In this document: one piece after another, positions 1 through 9,086 of the stretch
Position numbering within the stretch: position 1 is the stretch's first letter
Layout of the letters: each line of letters begins with the position of its first letter
The notes under the pieces: generated by a model
Databases searched by the model: none
What the model was told of the DNA's origin: nothing
Seen by the model: the letters and a program-made list of their open reading frames with translations, nothing else
Made by a program: the position numbers and the translations under genes
Source: an uncultured delta proteobacterium
Lineage (GTDB): Bacteria > Desulfobacterota > Desulfomonilia > UBA1062
Reading direction: 5' to 3'
Assembly: GCA_963752595.1 (NCBI GenBank)
Contig: CAVVYZ010000015.1
Location: forward strand, 1-64,000
DNA length: 64,000 nt

Positions 1-83
1 GCGTCATGTGAACCAAAAGCTAAACTGCCGATGGCGAACATGAACACCAGTATTCCTGCCGTAAATATGGTATGCCTTTTCAT
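1..83 (-). CDS. 5' end of a secreted protein (runs off the window)
   Basis: CAGGAGG SD then ATG at 83; MKRHTIFTAGILVFMFAIGSLAFGSHD reads as a signal peptide. Confidence 0.6.
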   Translation of the reverse strand, partial: MKRHTIFTAGILVFMFAIGSLAFGSHD

Positions 84-246
84 GGCTTGTTCCTCCTGTT
101 TACTTGCTGCTCATATTCGAGCTGACGATATTGTAGGGGCTGGTTCTGTCCAGGAAAAGGGCATGTGCTAAAAAATGAATAAATAAGTATAGGAATGATG
201 AAACCGTATCTGAGTTGATGAATAAGCTGCTTGAGACAAAAGGGCT

Positions 247-732
247 TTATGCCGCGTTCATGATTTCTGCCTTCATTTCCTCGATGCCCTTGTGCACCAG
301 GTCTTCAGTCCTGCCGACAATACCGGACAGCCAGCCGGGCATATTACCCAGGATGTCTTTTGCACCTTTGATGCCCTCGTCGATCGCTTTGGCAAGGGTT
401 TCGAGTTTTTCTTCAGATCCATCCCAGAGAGAGCGGGCAAAATCGAGGATCCTTCCGGATGTGCTCTCAGGGCTGAACAGGTCGTTGCCGTAGGTGTAAT
501 CGGTGTATTTCCCAAGCTCATAAGCCGTCTTTTTCGACATGCCCTCATACTCATAATCGATGCTGATTTTCGTGCCGTCTCTGAGCTCGATTTCCATGTG
601 GAGCGACTCTTTCTCAAAAGGGGATGAGGCTGAAAGGTTTTTATCCAGCAGGATTTCTTCCAAAGATTTCTGGGAGGACTGCTGCTGCTTGAGAAGCTGA
701 GCCCGTATTACCCCTATCCCTGAGATGTTCAT
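247..732 (-). CDS. hypothetical protein, DUF5610-like C-terminal domain
   Basis: GGGAGG SD; FSPESTSGRILDFA...IDEGIKGAKDILG motif. Confidence 0.6.
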   Translation of the reverse strand: MNISGIGVIRAQLLKQQQSSQKSLEEILLDKNLSASSPFEKESLHMEIELRDGTKISIDYEYEGMSKKTAYELGKYTDYTYGNDLFSPESTSGRILDFARSLWDGSEEKLETLAKAIDEGIKGAKDILGNMPGWLSGIVGRTEDLVHKGIEEMKAEIMNAA

Positions 733-969
733 AGGTTACCTCCCTGTGCATGGCATCAAACCAGACAATATTCTTTTATCACGATACTTTAATCATTTCA
801 ATGCCATATTCATGCATAGAGAGTTGTGCAAAAGAATTATCACCCGCTCTTGACGTTTCATAAAAAACCTTTACCTTTGAGATGAGAGAGAATAAGATAA
901 CATACTTCAAAAAAGACGATGGATGTCTTGAATAATGCTCAAGTATCCACAGCCGAGAGGAGAAAGCTG

Positions 970-1287
970 ATGTTTCAGGTTACGGAAAAGGCTACCGAGA
1001 TGTTGAAAGAGTATTTCAAATCGCGTGACAAGGTCGAATCCATGAGGATATTTATTGCCGGCATGGGTTGAAGCGGGCCCCAGCTGGGGATGGCTCTGGA
1101 TGAGCCGAATGAGAACGACGAGATTGTCGAGAACAACGGATTCACCTATGTGATCGAGAAAAAGCTCCTGCAGGAGGCGCAGCCCATTGAGATGGACTAC
1201 CTCGTGACTCCGCAGGGTGAAGGTTTCTTCATCAAATCTTCGTTGAAAAAAGATTCAGACTGCGGGGGCGGCTGCTCCGGCTGCTGA
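970..1287 (+). CDS. HesB/IscA-like selenoprotein (in-frame UGA at 1069-1071)
   Basis: GAGGAG SD and ATG 970 in frame with ORF 1090-1287; MFQVTEKA...RIFIAGMG-U-SGPQLGMALDEP...CGGGCSGC. Confidence 0.88.
1092..1106 (+). promoter_or_regulatory. candidate bacterial SECIS hairpin
   Basis: GGCTC-TGGAT-GAGCC stem-loop with G in the loop, about 26 nt 3' of the UGA. Confidence 0.6.
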
Positions 1288-1363
1288 CAGCTACCGCACT
1301 TCCCCGCAGACCCCTGGAGTGATTTTCAGGGGTCAATGGAAGCAGGCAAGGGATATGAACATT

Positions 1364-1403
1364 CGGGGCAGGTCTGTTTTTCTTTAAAAACAGACCTGCC
1401 CCG
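1364..1403. terminator. bidirectional intrinsic terminator
   Basis: 18-bp perfect inverted repeat CGGGGCAGGTCTGTTTTT / AAAAACAGACCTGCCCCG between convergent genes. Confidence 0.75.
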
Positions 1404-1410
1404 TGCATTT

Positions 1411-2298
1411 TTATAGAAGGCCCTGAATGACGAGCACCAGCACAAGGAGTACGCCAAAGGCAGTATCGAGCTTGGCAGTCTGGGCATCTGCATCGGAAGG
1501 AACACTTTTCACCATCTGGCGGAGGAGTTTCACTGCCAGGGGCAGAGACAGGAAGATCAGAAGCCCCCAAAGGCTGAGCACGCCGGTTAAGGTGATGATG
1601 AGCGTGCAGACGTATGCCAGGCTCATGAGGAGCAGATAGGCATATATCCCACCGCGATGCCCGAGCAGTATGGCCAGGGTCTTGATGTGCTTGCTTTTGT
1701 CGTGGTCTATATCCCGGATGTTGTTTGCGAGTAGCACCAGTGCCACCAGAACGCCGAAGGGGATCGATACCAGGAGCGCCTTTGCACTGAGCGCTTGCCT
1801 CTGCACATAATAGGCGCCTTCCACCATGAGCGGCCCCCACATGAGAAAAACCGAAATCTCGCCCAGAGCAAAGTATTTGTATTTGAAGGGCGGCGCGGTA
1901 TAGCTCATACCGGCGGCAACGCCGATCAACCCTATCCAGAATACTGTCCAGCCGCAGAGCACAGTGAGGTAGATTCCTATGGCTGCAGCTATGATGAAAA
2001 GCCCGAGGGCCGCCTGGAGCACCCGCCCGGCCGGCAGAAGGCCATGGACGATCGGGTGTGGCCGGTACTGAGCCGTGAGTGCCGATGGGGTGTCCACGCC
2101 GGACTTCACGTCATAGTAATCGTTTATGAGGTTGGTCCCGGCATGCATGAGCACTGCCCCGATAAGGGTAAGGAGGTAAAGAGGCCGGGAAAACCCTCCT
2201 TCAATGGCAGCCAGGGCACTGCCGACACTCACTGATATCGCCGTCATGGAAAAGGACCACGGCCGGCTTGCAAGAAACCAGTTTTTATACAATATCAT
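1411..2298 (-). CDS. menA: 1,4-dihydroxy-2-naphthoate polyprenyltransferase
   Basis: UbiA-family motifs ASRPWS, NLINDYYD..GVD, ANNIRDIDHD..KTL; multiple TM helices. Confidence 0.88.
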   Translation of the reverse strand: MILYKNWFLASRPWSFSMTAISVSVGSALAAIEGGFSRPLYLLTLIGAVLMHAGTNLINDYYDVKSGVDTPSALTAQYRPHPIVHGLLPAGRVLQAALGLFIIAAAIGIYLTVLCGWTVFWIGLIGVAAGMSYTAPPFKYKYFALGEISVFLMWGPLMVEGAYYVQRQALSAKALLVSIPFGVLVALVLLANNIRDIDHDKSKHIKTLAILLGHRGGIYAYLLLMSLAYVCTLIITLTGVLSLWGLLIFLSLPLAVKLLRQMVKSVPSDADAQTAKLDTAFGVLLVLVLVIQGLL

Positions 2299-2384
2299 GG
2301 CGTATATCCTCGTAGTCCTGTTTTATCTCTGTGAGAAACCAACCTAACAAGCACCTCATACGGATAAAGGAATAGCACCTGTTC

Positions 2385-2431
2385 TGTCAACAACAGGCTT
2401 TCGTTGACAACTACATGCTATGTATTGTCAA
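2385..2431. promoter_or_regulatory. divergent -35 boxes / palindromic operator
   Basis: TGTCAAC..GTTGACA and TTGACAA-CTACAT-GCT-ATGTA-TTGTCAA. Confidence 0.5.
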
Positions 2432-2501
2432 ATACCCATGGGTCGGTTAAAGATGTTGTACCCGATGAGGCAGGAAAAGACTCTGGAGAGAGGTGTGTGT
2501 C

Positions 2502-3704
2502 ATGCCGGATAAGGTTTTTGAACAGGCCATGCTCGCTGGGATATCTGTGAAAAACCGGATTATCAGGTCTGCCACCCATGAAGGCATGGCTGATGAGCAC
2601 GGGCAACCGACCGAGGCTCTGAAAAAGGTTTATCTCAGGCTCGCAAAGGGCAGCGCAGGGGCCATCATTACGGGTTATGCCGGTATCCAGCCAAACGGCA
2701 AAGCACCTTTGCTGAACATGCTCATGGCTGATAACGACCTGTGTGTGGGTGCGTACCGGGGGCTTGTGGATGCGGTCCATCAAGAGGGCACGGCAATAAT
2801 ACTCCAGGTCGCCCACTGCGGACGGCAGACAAGCTCGAAGGCAATAGGCCACAGGCCTGTTGCGCCCTCTGCCATCCGCGACCGGTTTTACTTTGACGAC
2901 AAGCCGAAAGAGCTCACCGAGCCGGAGATCGAGGAGATTATCGGCAACTTCGTGCACGCTGTCCGGAGGGCCAGGAATGCCGGCTTCGACGGAGTTCAGC
3001 TCCATGCCGCCCATGGCTACCTCCTTTCCGAGTTCTTGTCACCGTATATGAACCGCCGCACAGACAGGTGGGGAGGCTCCACGGAGAACAGGTTCCGGAT
3101 AGTCGGGGAGATATTGAAGCGTGCTTCCGGCACTGTGGGCGATTACCCCATACTCATCAAGCTGAATGCCCACGACGGCAGAAAGAACGGCATGCGGATT
3201 GAAGAGGCCGTACGCATCGCCCGCCTGTTCGAGGCGAATGGGTGCAAAGCTATCGAGGTATCGTCCGGTGTGGCCGAAGACGGTTTATACATGTCAAGGG
3301 GAGACCATACCCCCATCGATGCCGTATTTGCATACAGCTCCAGGTTCAAGAACCTCCCCAATTTCGTAAAAACCATGATCAGACCCTTTGCCGACTATAT
3401 CTCGCCGCCCATAAAGCCTGTTCGCCTGTACAACGTGGAAGCGGCGCGCAAGATAAAGCAGAGCGTATCGATCCCGGTGATCGTCGTGGGCGGGATATCC
3501 TCCCTGGATGGCATTACGGATATCATTGAGGGAGGTTCGGCTGATTTTGTCTCCATGTGCAGGCCGTTCATCATCGAGCCGGATATCGTGAAGAGGCTGC
3601 AGGAGGGGAAACAGAAAGCGTCGAGATGCATTGCCTGCAACTACTGCATGATCGCAGCCGAGGAAAGGCCGTTACAGTGCTATTACGGGAAAGTAAAGGC
3701 CTGA
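2502..3704 (+). CDS. NADH:flavin oxidoreductase (old yellow enzyme family)
   Basis: KNRIIRSATHE, AGFDGVQLHAAHGYLLSEFLSP..NRRTDRWGGS, C-terminal CIACNYC; ATG 2502 after SD. Confidence 0.92.
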   Translation: MPDKVFEQAMLAGISVKNRIIRSATHEGMADEHGQPTEALKKVYLRLAKGSAGAIITGYAGIQPNGKAPLLNMLMADNDLCVGAYRGLVDAVHQEGTAIILQVAHCGRQTSSKAIGHRPVAPSAIRDRFYFDDKPKELTEPEIEEIIGNFVHAVRRARNAGFDGVQLHAAHGYLLSEFLSPYMNRRTDRWGGSTENRFRIVGEILKRASGTVGDYPILIKLNAHDGRKNGMRIEEAVRIARLFEANGCKAIEVSSGVAEDGLYMSRGDHTPIDAVFAYSSRFKNLPNFVKTMIRPFADYISPPIKPVRLYNVEAARKIKQSVSIPVIVVGGISSLDGITDIIEGGSADFVSMCRPFIIEPDIVKRLQEGKQKASRCIACNYCMIAAEERPLQCYYGKVKA

Positions 3705-3805
3705 CGGGAACAGGTGGGAATAGACTCTGTAATATTTAGGTCCTGTCACTGTCCCGAAACCGGCCTGTGCCGGGGTATGAAACCATATTTCTTGAAAAGT
3801 GCTTC

Positions 3806-3819
3806 TTGACATAAATCAA
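3806..3819. promoter_or_regulatory. FNR/HcpR-like box
   Basis: TTGAC-ATAA-ATCAA 80 nt upstream of the cupin gene. Confidence 0.5.
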
Positions 3820-3898
3820 GTACTGCCCAGTCTTAATTCATTATACCTATCATCACATCAGGAGCAAAAGAGCGCGGCTTGAGAAGGGAGGAGGTGAC

Positions 3899-4234
3899 AT
3901 GACGGAACAAGGGGTGAAGAAAGAGCTTCTCGCAAGGGCACTGAACCTCAAGGATCTTTCCGCATACCAGGACCACTCGGTTGTGAGCAGGGAGATTATC
4001 AAGAAGCCTGCTGGGACCGTGACGGTTTTTGCTTTCGATGAGGGTGAGGGCCTGAGCGAGCATACGTCACCTTTCGATGCTCTCATCCATATTCTTGAAG
4101 GCCGTGCAGACATTACCGTCGACGGGACGCCGCATCAGGTTGAGGAAGGTCAGATGATCATTATGCCTGCCGGCAAGCCGCATGCAGTAAAAGCCTCCTC
4201 CAAATTCAAGATGCTGCTCGTGATGATCAAGTAA
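3899..4234 (+). CDS. cupin domain protein
   Basis: FAFDEGEGLSEHTSPFDA...MPAGKPHAV...FKMLL. Confidence 0.88.
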   Translation: MTEQGVKKELLARALNLKDLSAYQDHSVVSREIIKKPAGTVTVFAFDEGEGLSEHTSPFDALIHILEGRADITVDGTPHQVEEGQMIIMPAGKPHAVKASSKFKMLLVMIK

Positions 4235-4414
4235 AAGCCCCGAATACATCGAATAACCTGGATGCCTGGAAATAGACCTCCGGGAAGCATGGCCCCAAGG
4301 AGGTCAATTCCCGGTCCCTAACATTCGCTCCGACCGTACATGGGTTTTTCGATTTCGTTCCTGCCACTCGTTTATCATCTTAGCACAGAATTATGTTCTG
4401 GAAAAAAGACAGGG

Positions 4415-4443
4415 TGTATCCTTTGCCCTTTTCAATCCGTCTA
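4415..4443 (+). promoter_or_regulatory. candidate ECF sigma promoter
   Basis: TGTATCC-N16-CGTCTA upstream of the operon encoding an ECF sigma factor. Confidence 0.5.
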
Positions 4444-4466
4444 CATGGGAAAAAAGAAAGCGAGGA

Positions 4467-4634
4467 ATGGAAATGGCTCTCTGGGCAGTGTCGGAAGCGT
4501 CGGCTTTTGCCGGCCTATGGTGGATATTCCCCCTGATCTGCATCATCCTGTGCATCATTGCCTGCCGCAGCTGCCGCCGGCATAACGGAGGAAGAGGATG
4601 CTGCTCCTCGAGCAGGCAGCGTGATGCCGATTGA
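4467..4634 (+). CDS. 55-aa Cys-rich single-pass membrane peptide (not in ORF track)
   Basis: MEMALWAVSEASAFAGLWWIFPLICIILCIIACRSCRRHNGGRGCCSSSRQRDAD; purine-rich SD-like sequence; TM helix plus basic/Cys tail. Confidence 0.6.
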   Translation: MEMALWAVSEASAFAGLWWIFPLICIILCIIACRSCRRHNGGRGCCSSSRQRDAD

Positions 4635-4702
4635 AAAAAGGAAGGCGGTGAGTTGAAGGAACGAATCGGCCCCGCACAATAACAATTAAAAGGAGGAATA
4701 CA

Positions 4703-4960
4703 ATGGATGAACGCACGAAAAGGCTGATTGCTGTCGGGGCATCGATAGGCGCGAACTGCCACCCCTGCGTGGAGTATCATATCACCAAAGCCCTCGGTCA
4801 GGGCATAGGGGAAAGCGAGATCCGCGAGGCCGTTGACGAAGCAAAGGCTGTCAGGAGAGGCGCTGCAGCAAGCATGGATAAGCTGGTATTGAAACTGATG
4901 AATAAAGAAGCCCCCGGAGAGGAATGCGGCGCGCAGCAATCCTCCTGTTGCTGTAAATGA
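4703..4960 (+). CDS. carboxymuconolactone decarboxylase / AhpD-like protein
   Basis: AGGAGG SD; LIAVGASIGANCHPCVEYH (CxxC); SSCCCK tail. Confidence 0.85.
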   Translation: MDERTKRLIAVGASIGANCHPCVEYHITKALGQGIGESEIREAVDEAKAVRRGAAASMDKLVLKLMNKEAPGEECGAQQSSCCCK

Positions 4961-4987
4961 AAAAATGCTAAGAAGGGGGCGGAGAGC

Positions 4988-5578
4988 ATGGTCATGACAG
5001 GCGATGAGCTGAATTTTCAGAAGGTATATGAAGAGTTCCAAACAAAGATCTTCCGGTATCTCACCAATATGGTAGGAGAGACCGAGGCCGAGGACCTCAC
5101 CCAGGATGTATTCGTCAAGGTAGGCCTGGGCCTGGAAAACTTCCGCGGCGACTCTTATTTGAGCACCTGGATATACAGAATTGCGACAAACACAGCCATT
5201 GACCGGCTTCGCCGTGCCTCCGCCCGAAAAGGCGAAGCAAAGCCGCTGCCTCCCGAACCGGCAGACGAAGCCGGTGAGAACGATTCGGAATGCCTTCAGG
5301 CGGATGCACCGGCACTCGAACACCGGATTATCCGGCAGGAGATGAACGGGTGCATCCGTGAGGTGATCAATACCCTGCCCGAGTCATACCGCACCGCCAT
5401 TGTCTTGAGCGAGCTGGAAGGCTTGCCGGACAGCGAGATTGCAGAAATACTCGGCATCAGCCTGCAGGCGGCAAAGATCCGGCTTCACAGGGCAAGGGCC
5501 AGGCTCAGGCAGGAACTCCGAAAAGCCTGTGTATTTTTCCGCGATGAGCGGAACGAACTCGCCTGTGACCGGAAATAG
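4988..5578 (+). CDS. ECF sigma-70 factor (SigZ-like, Cys-containing C-terminus)
   Basis: AEDLTQDVF, TWIYRIATN, LPESYR..EIAEILGIS..KIRLHRAR. Confidence 0.92.
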   Translation: MVMTGDELNFQKVYEEFQTKIFRYLTNMVGETEAEDLTQDVFVKVGLGLENFRGDSYLSTWIYRIATNTAIDRLRRASARKGEAKPLPPEPADEAGENDSECLQADAPALEHRIIRQEMNGCIREVINTLPESYRTAIVLSELEGLPDSEIAEILGISLQAAKIRLHRARARLRQELRKACVFFRDERNELACDRK

Positions 5579-5633
5579 CAATGTGTTCATCAGTCTAAGA
5601 AATTTATTACATTATTCTGAGAGCCCAACATTA

Positions 5634-6944
5634 TTACAATTCAGTCATCCAGCCCTTTCCTTGTAGTTTAGCTCCCACATTCATGAAACCTAAAAATGAG
5701 GACCTGAGCATATCACTCATAAGGGCTCTCTTGACTGGTGGAAGACGAAGGAATCCACCGATGAATGTTCTCATATATTGTTGTGTAATGCTTTGTGGGT
5801 TGTCGAAAATTTGGTTTTGGAGAGTACCCCTTTCAAGGCTTAACAACATGATTCTCTCAAATGTTGTTTCTGGATGGATAACCCTACTGCCACGATTTAT
5901 CATCTCGATAGCATCAGTGGTGCATTTAGAAGAACATACCCCGCAGCCCACACACATTTCGGTATCAACTTTCCCTTTCTTCCTCTTTGGTTTTTGGGGA
6001 TCATTGGCTGAGATAAGACTTATGGCATTCACCGGGCATACATCTACGCATTTCCCGCACCCCTTGCATAGAGACTCATTAATCTTTGAAATAAAATTGG
6101 AAGTAACAGCACTGTTCATGAATCCAAACTTATTCAGTCCAGATAAAAAATTACAACAACACTTGCAACAGTGACAAATAACCATTGGGTTCCTTTGTGT
6201 ATTTTCAGCACAGAAGACAAGGCCCAGTTCTTTTGACCGTGCAAAATTTTCCAACATTTCAGATTTCGATACCTCCCTGGCCAGATTATGTCTGATCGCA
6301 TAATCTGCGCCTATGCCTAAAGGGCTACAATTTTCCAGAGGGGCGTCGCATTTTTTCTCCCCATTATAATATTTTTCATTCCTGCAGGAGCATAAACCAA
6401 TGGCAAATCTATGAGAATTCTCAATGAGTGATGAGGCCCTTTCATAATCAAAGAATTCAATGTAATCGCTTGGCCGTATTGTTTCTTCAACAGGTATCAC
6501 TCTCAATACCGAAAGTTGTTCATTGTGTGAGAAATTAGCCGAATAGAAAGATTTAAAGTATTCATAAAACAGTTCTGCACACTCCTTCTTGTCATGATCG
6601 TTCCTCATTCTCATCATGGTAAACTCGAATATCCCAATGAGCAAAGGAGATGGCATGTAGTAATATTGGCCATCGTTCTGATTCCAAACATCCAGGACTA
6701 AGCCCTTATTGGATAACTTCTCTAATAAGTTGTTTAAACAGGCCTTATTGACCTTAGTTACTTTGGCGATTCTGCCGATTGAAGAAAGGGTATATGGCAT
6801 ATTCACGATTATTTCTGCTTCTTCCGGAGTATATAGTTCTTTTAAGATGTTATAGAAGGTCTCATTCCAAGGTGCTTTCACTGTCAGGCTATCTATCTTT
6901 TGTCCCAACCTGCGATATATATTATCTTCAACTCCATGACTCAT
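5634..6944 (-). CDS. 4Fe-4S dicluster domain protein
   Basis: CKGCGKCVDVCP, CVGCGVCSSKC, CHCCKCCC, CSCR motifs. Confidence 0.88.
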   Translation of the reverse strand: MSHGVEDNIYRRLGQKIDSLTVKAPWNETFYNILKELYTPEEAEIIVNMPYTLSSIGRIAKVTKVNKACLNNLLEKLSNKGLVLDVWNQNDGQYYYMPSPLLIGIFEFTMMRMRNDHDKKECAELFYEYFKSFYSANFSHNEQLSVLRVIPVEETIRPSDYIEFFDYERASSLIENSHRFAIGLCSCRNEKYYNGEKKCDAPLENCSPLGIGADYAIRHNLAREVSKSEMLENFARSKELGLVFCAENTQRNPMVICHCCKCCCNFLSGLNKFGFMNSAVTSNFISKINESLCKGCGKCVDVCPVNAISLISANDPQKPKRKKGKVDTEMCVGCGVCSSKCTTDAIEMINRGSRVIHPETTFERIMLLSLERGTLQNQIFDNPQSITQQYMRTFIGGFLRLPPVKRALMSDMLRSSFLGFMNVGAKLQGKGWMTEL

Positions 6945-7239
6945 GTATATACCCTCAATAATCCATTATAGGACTGTTTTACTGGAATGCCATAGATGTT
7001 TAGAGCCTTATCTACAGATCTCTGTCGGCAGGGCAAGGAATCATACTATAAATACCATAAGAAATAAGTATCAAACTTATCCCAAGCAAAGCACGTAATG
7101 CGGGTTGCTTGAGCACTTCCCGATATGAGATCAATATCGACTAAGACCGGCACTGCAAATCAGACAGGTGTATCACGATCGTATTTTCAGCAGCAGTAAC
7201 ACCCGTGCATGAATGGGGTGTCGGTGTATTATATTCGGT

Positions 7240-9072
7240 CTACTCCTCCTCACGGTACATCGACTCGATGAGATCCTTGTACTGCTCGTTGATGGACTTC
7301 CGTTTGACCTTCATGGTGGGCGTGACCTCGCCGTCTTCGGTGTAGAGCTTCTTGTCCAGGAGGCGGAACTTTCTGATGTTCTCCACGCGCGCGATCTGCT
7401 TGTTGACCTTGGCTATCTCTTCGGCGATGAGCTTGTTTACCTCCTCGGTGCGGGTGAGGCTTGCAAAGGTGGTGTACTGAACCTTATGGTCCTGTGCCCA
7501 TTTCACCACGTTCTCCTCATCGATGAGAATGATGGCGGAGATGAATTTCCGCCGGTCCCCGATGACCACGGCATCGTTGATATAGGGCGAGAACTTGAGC
7601 ATATTCTCGATGTACTGCGGGGCAACGTTTTTGCCTCCTGCGGTGACGATGAGGTCTTTTTTACGGTCAGTTATCTTGAGGTAGCCTTCCGAGTCTACCT
7701 CGCCCACGTCGCCGGTGTGGAACCAGCCTCCTTCCAGGGCTTCCCTTGTGTGCTCCTCTTCCTTGAAATAACCTTTGAAAACCCCGCCATGGCGGATGAG
7801 GATCTCACCGTCCTCTGCGATCATGACCTCTGCACCGGGCAGGCTCTTGCCCACGGTGCCCAGCTTGAAGTTGCTCTCGTCCGAGATGTGGGTGATGCCG
7901 GTTGTCTCGGTGAGGCCGTAGCCTTCACGTATGGGAATGCCGATGCTCTGGAAGAACTTCAGCACCTCGTGGGAGATCGGCGCTGCGCCCGAGAAGCCGA
8001 GCCGGACCCGGTCGAAGCCGAGTCGCTCTTTGAGCTTCCAGAATACGGAGAAGTAGGCGAGCCAGTAACCCAGCAGGATGTGGAGGGGAGGGCGCTTCTT
8101 TGCCAGTTTGCAGTTGTTGTAGAGGGTGCCTATCCTGAAGGCGACGCCGTACATCGTTCGCTTGAGCCGGGTGGCATCCTGCATCTTGAGCACGATCCCG
8201 GAATGGTACTTCTCCCAGATGCGGGGAACGGCGTGGAAGATGGTGGGCGAAACGTCCTTGAGGTCGTTCATGACCGTGTCCGTGTTCTCGGTGAAGTTGA
8301 TGATATGACCGACGCTCAGGTGCATCATGAGGTCGAAGATCTGCTCGTAGACATGGTTAAGGGGCAAAAACGAGATGGTCTCGTCATTTACCGACATGCG
8401 TGTGATCTTCTCGGTCTGCCGTGCGATCCACTGGTAATTGCCGTGCGAGATCATGGCCCCCTTCGGCGGCCCCGTGGTGCCCGAGGTATAGATGATGGAT
8501 GCTGTCTCGTCTTCCTTGCCCAGGTCCACAATGCTGTCGTAAAGCCCCGGCCGCTCGGTCTCCAGCTTTCTTCCCTGGGCCATGAGGTCGTCAAAGCTCA
8601 TCATCATGTCATCTTTATAGTGCTTGAGTCCCTCCATGTCCCACACCACAATCTTTTTCAGCGTTGGGGTCCGCTCCCGGAACACGAGGGCCTTGTCGCA
8701 CTGCTCCTCGTCTTCGCAGATATACACGACCGACTCGGAGTGCCCCGCTACGTATTCGCATTCGGTTGCAGGGTTGGTTGTGTAGATGCCGACAAAGGTA
8801 GCGCCGATCGACATGGTGCCCAGGGCCGAGAAGAGCCACTCGGGCTTGTTCTCCCCGATGATTGACACGTGGTCGCCCCGCTTCACGCCAAGGTTGTAGA
8901 GCCCCAGCGCTACATGGCGAACATTCTCGGCATACTGCGCCCAGGAGATGTCGTGCCAGATGCCGTAGTCCTTCATGCGGAGAGCAACCCGCTCCGGCTG
9001 ATACGATGCGATTACTCTGAGTGCCTGAGGAAGTGTCTGCGCCTTGTCTGTGGGCCTCTCGATCTTTTCCAT
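7240..9072 (-). CDS. long-chain fatty-acid--CoA ligase
   Basis: IIYTSGTTGPPKG, EGYGLTET, GWFHTGDVG, ITDRKKD. Confidence 0.93.
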   Translation of the reverse strand: MEKIERPTDKAQTLPQALRVIASYQPERVALRMKDYGIWHDISWAQYAENVRHVALGLYNLGVKRGDHVSIIGENKPEWLFSALGTMSIGATFVGIYTTNPATECEYVAGHSESVVYICEDEEQCDKALVFRERTPTLKKIVVWDMEGLKHYKDDMMMSFDDLMAQGRKLETERPGLYDSIVDLGKEDETASIIYTSGTTGPPKGAMISHGNYQWIARQTEKITRMSVNDETISFLPLNHVYEQIFDLMMHLSVGHIINFTENTDTVMNDLKDVSPTIFHAVPRIWEKYHSGIVLKMQDATRLKRTMYGVAFRIGTLYNNCKLAKKRPPLHILLGYWLAYFSVFWKLKERLGFDRVRLGFSGAAPISHEVLKFFQSIGIPIREGYGLTETTGITHISDESNFKLGTVGKSLPGAEVMIAEDGEILIRHGGVFKGYFKEEEHTREALEGGWFHTGDVGEVDSEGYLKITDRKKDLIVTAGGKNVAPQYIENMLKFSPYINDAVVIGDRRKFISAIILIDEENVVKWAQDHKVQYTTFASLTRTEEVNKLIAEEIAKVNKQIARVENIRKFRLLDKKLYTEDGEVTPTMKVKRKSINEQYKDLIESMYREEE

Positions 9073-9086
9073 GAATGATGCCCCCT

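Noticed and set aside
1285-1334. Second possible Sec read-through at the terminal C-TGA, followed by hairpin GACCCCTG/CAGGGGTC
   Set aside because: HesB-like proteins normally end at this Cys/Gly tail, and the extension would run through the terminator with no protein-like features
4958-4960. TGA after SSCCCK as selenocysteine
   Set aside because: No SECIS-like hairpin; the next gene's start follows within 30 nt
7213-8865. Long plus-strand ORF of 550 aa (likewise 16579-18561, 39789-40811, 57731-58906)
   Set aside because: Antisense shadows of well-supported GC3-rich genes; no motifs
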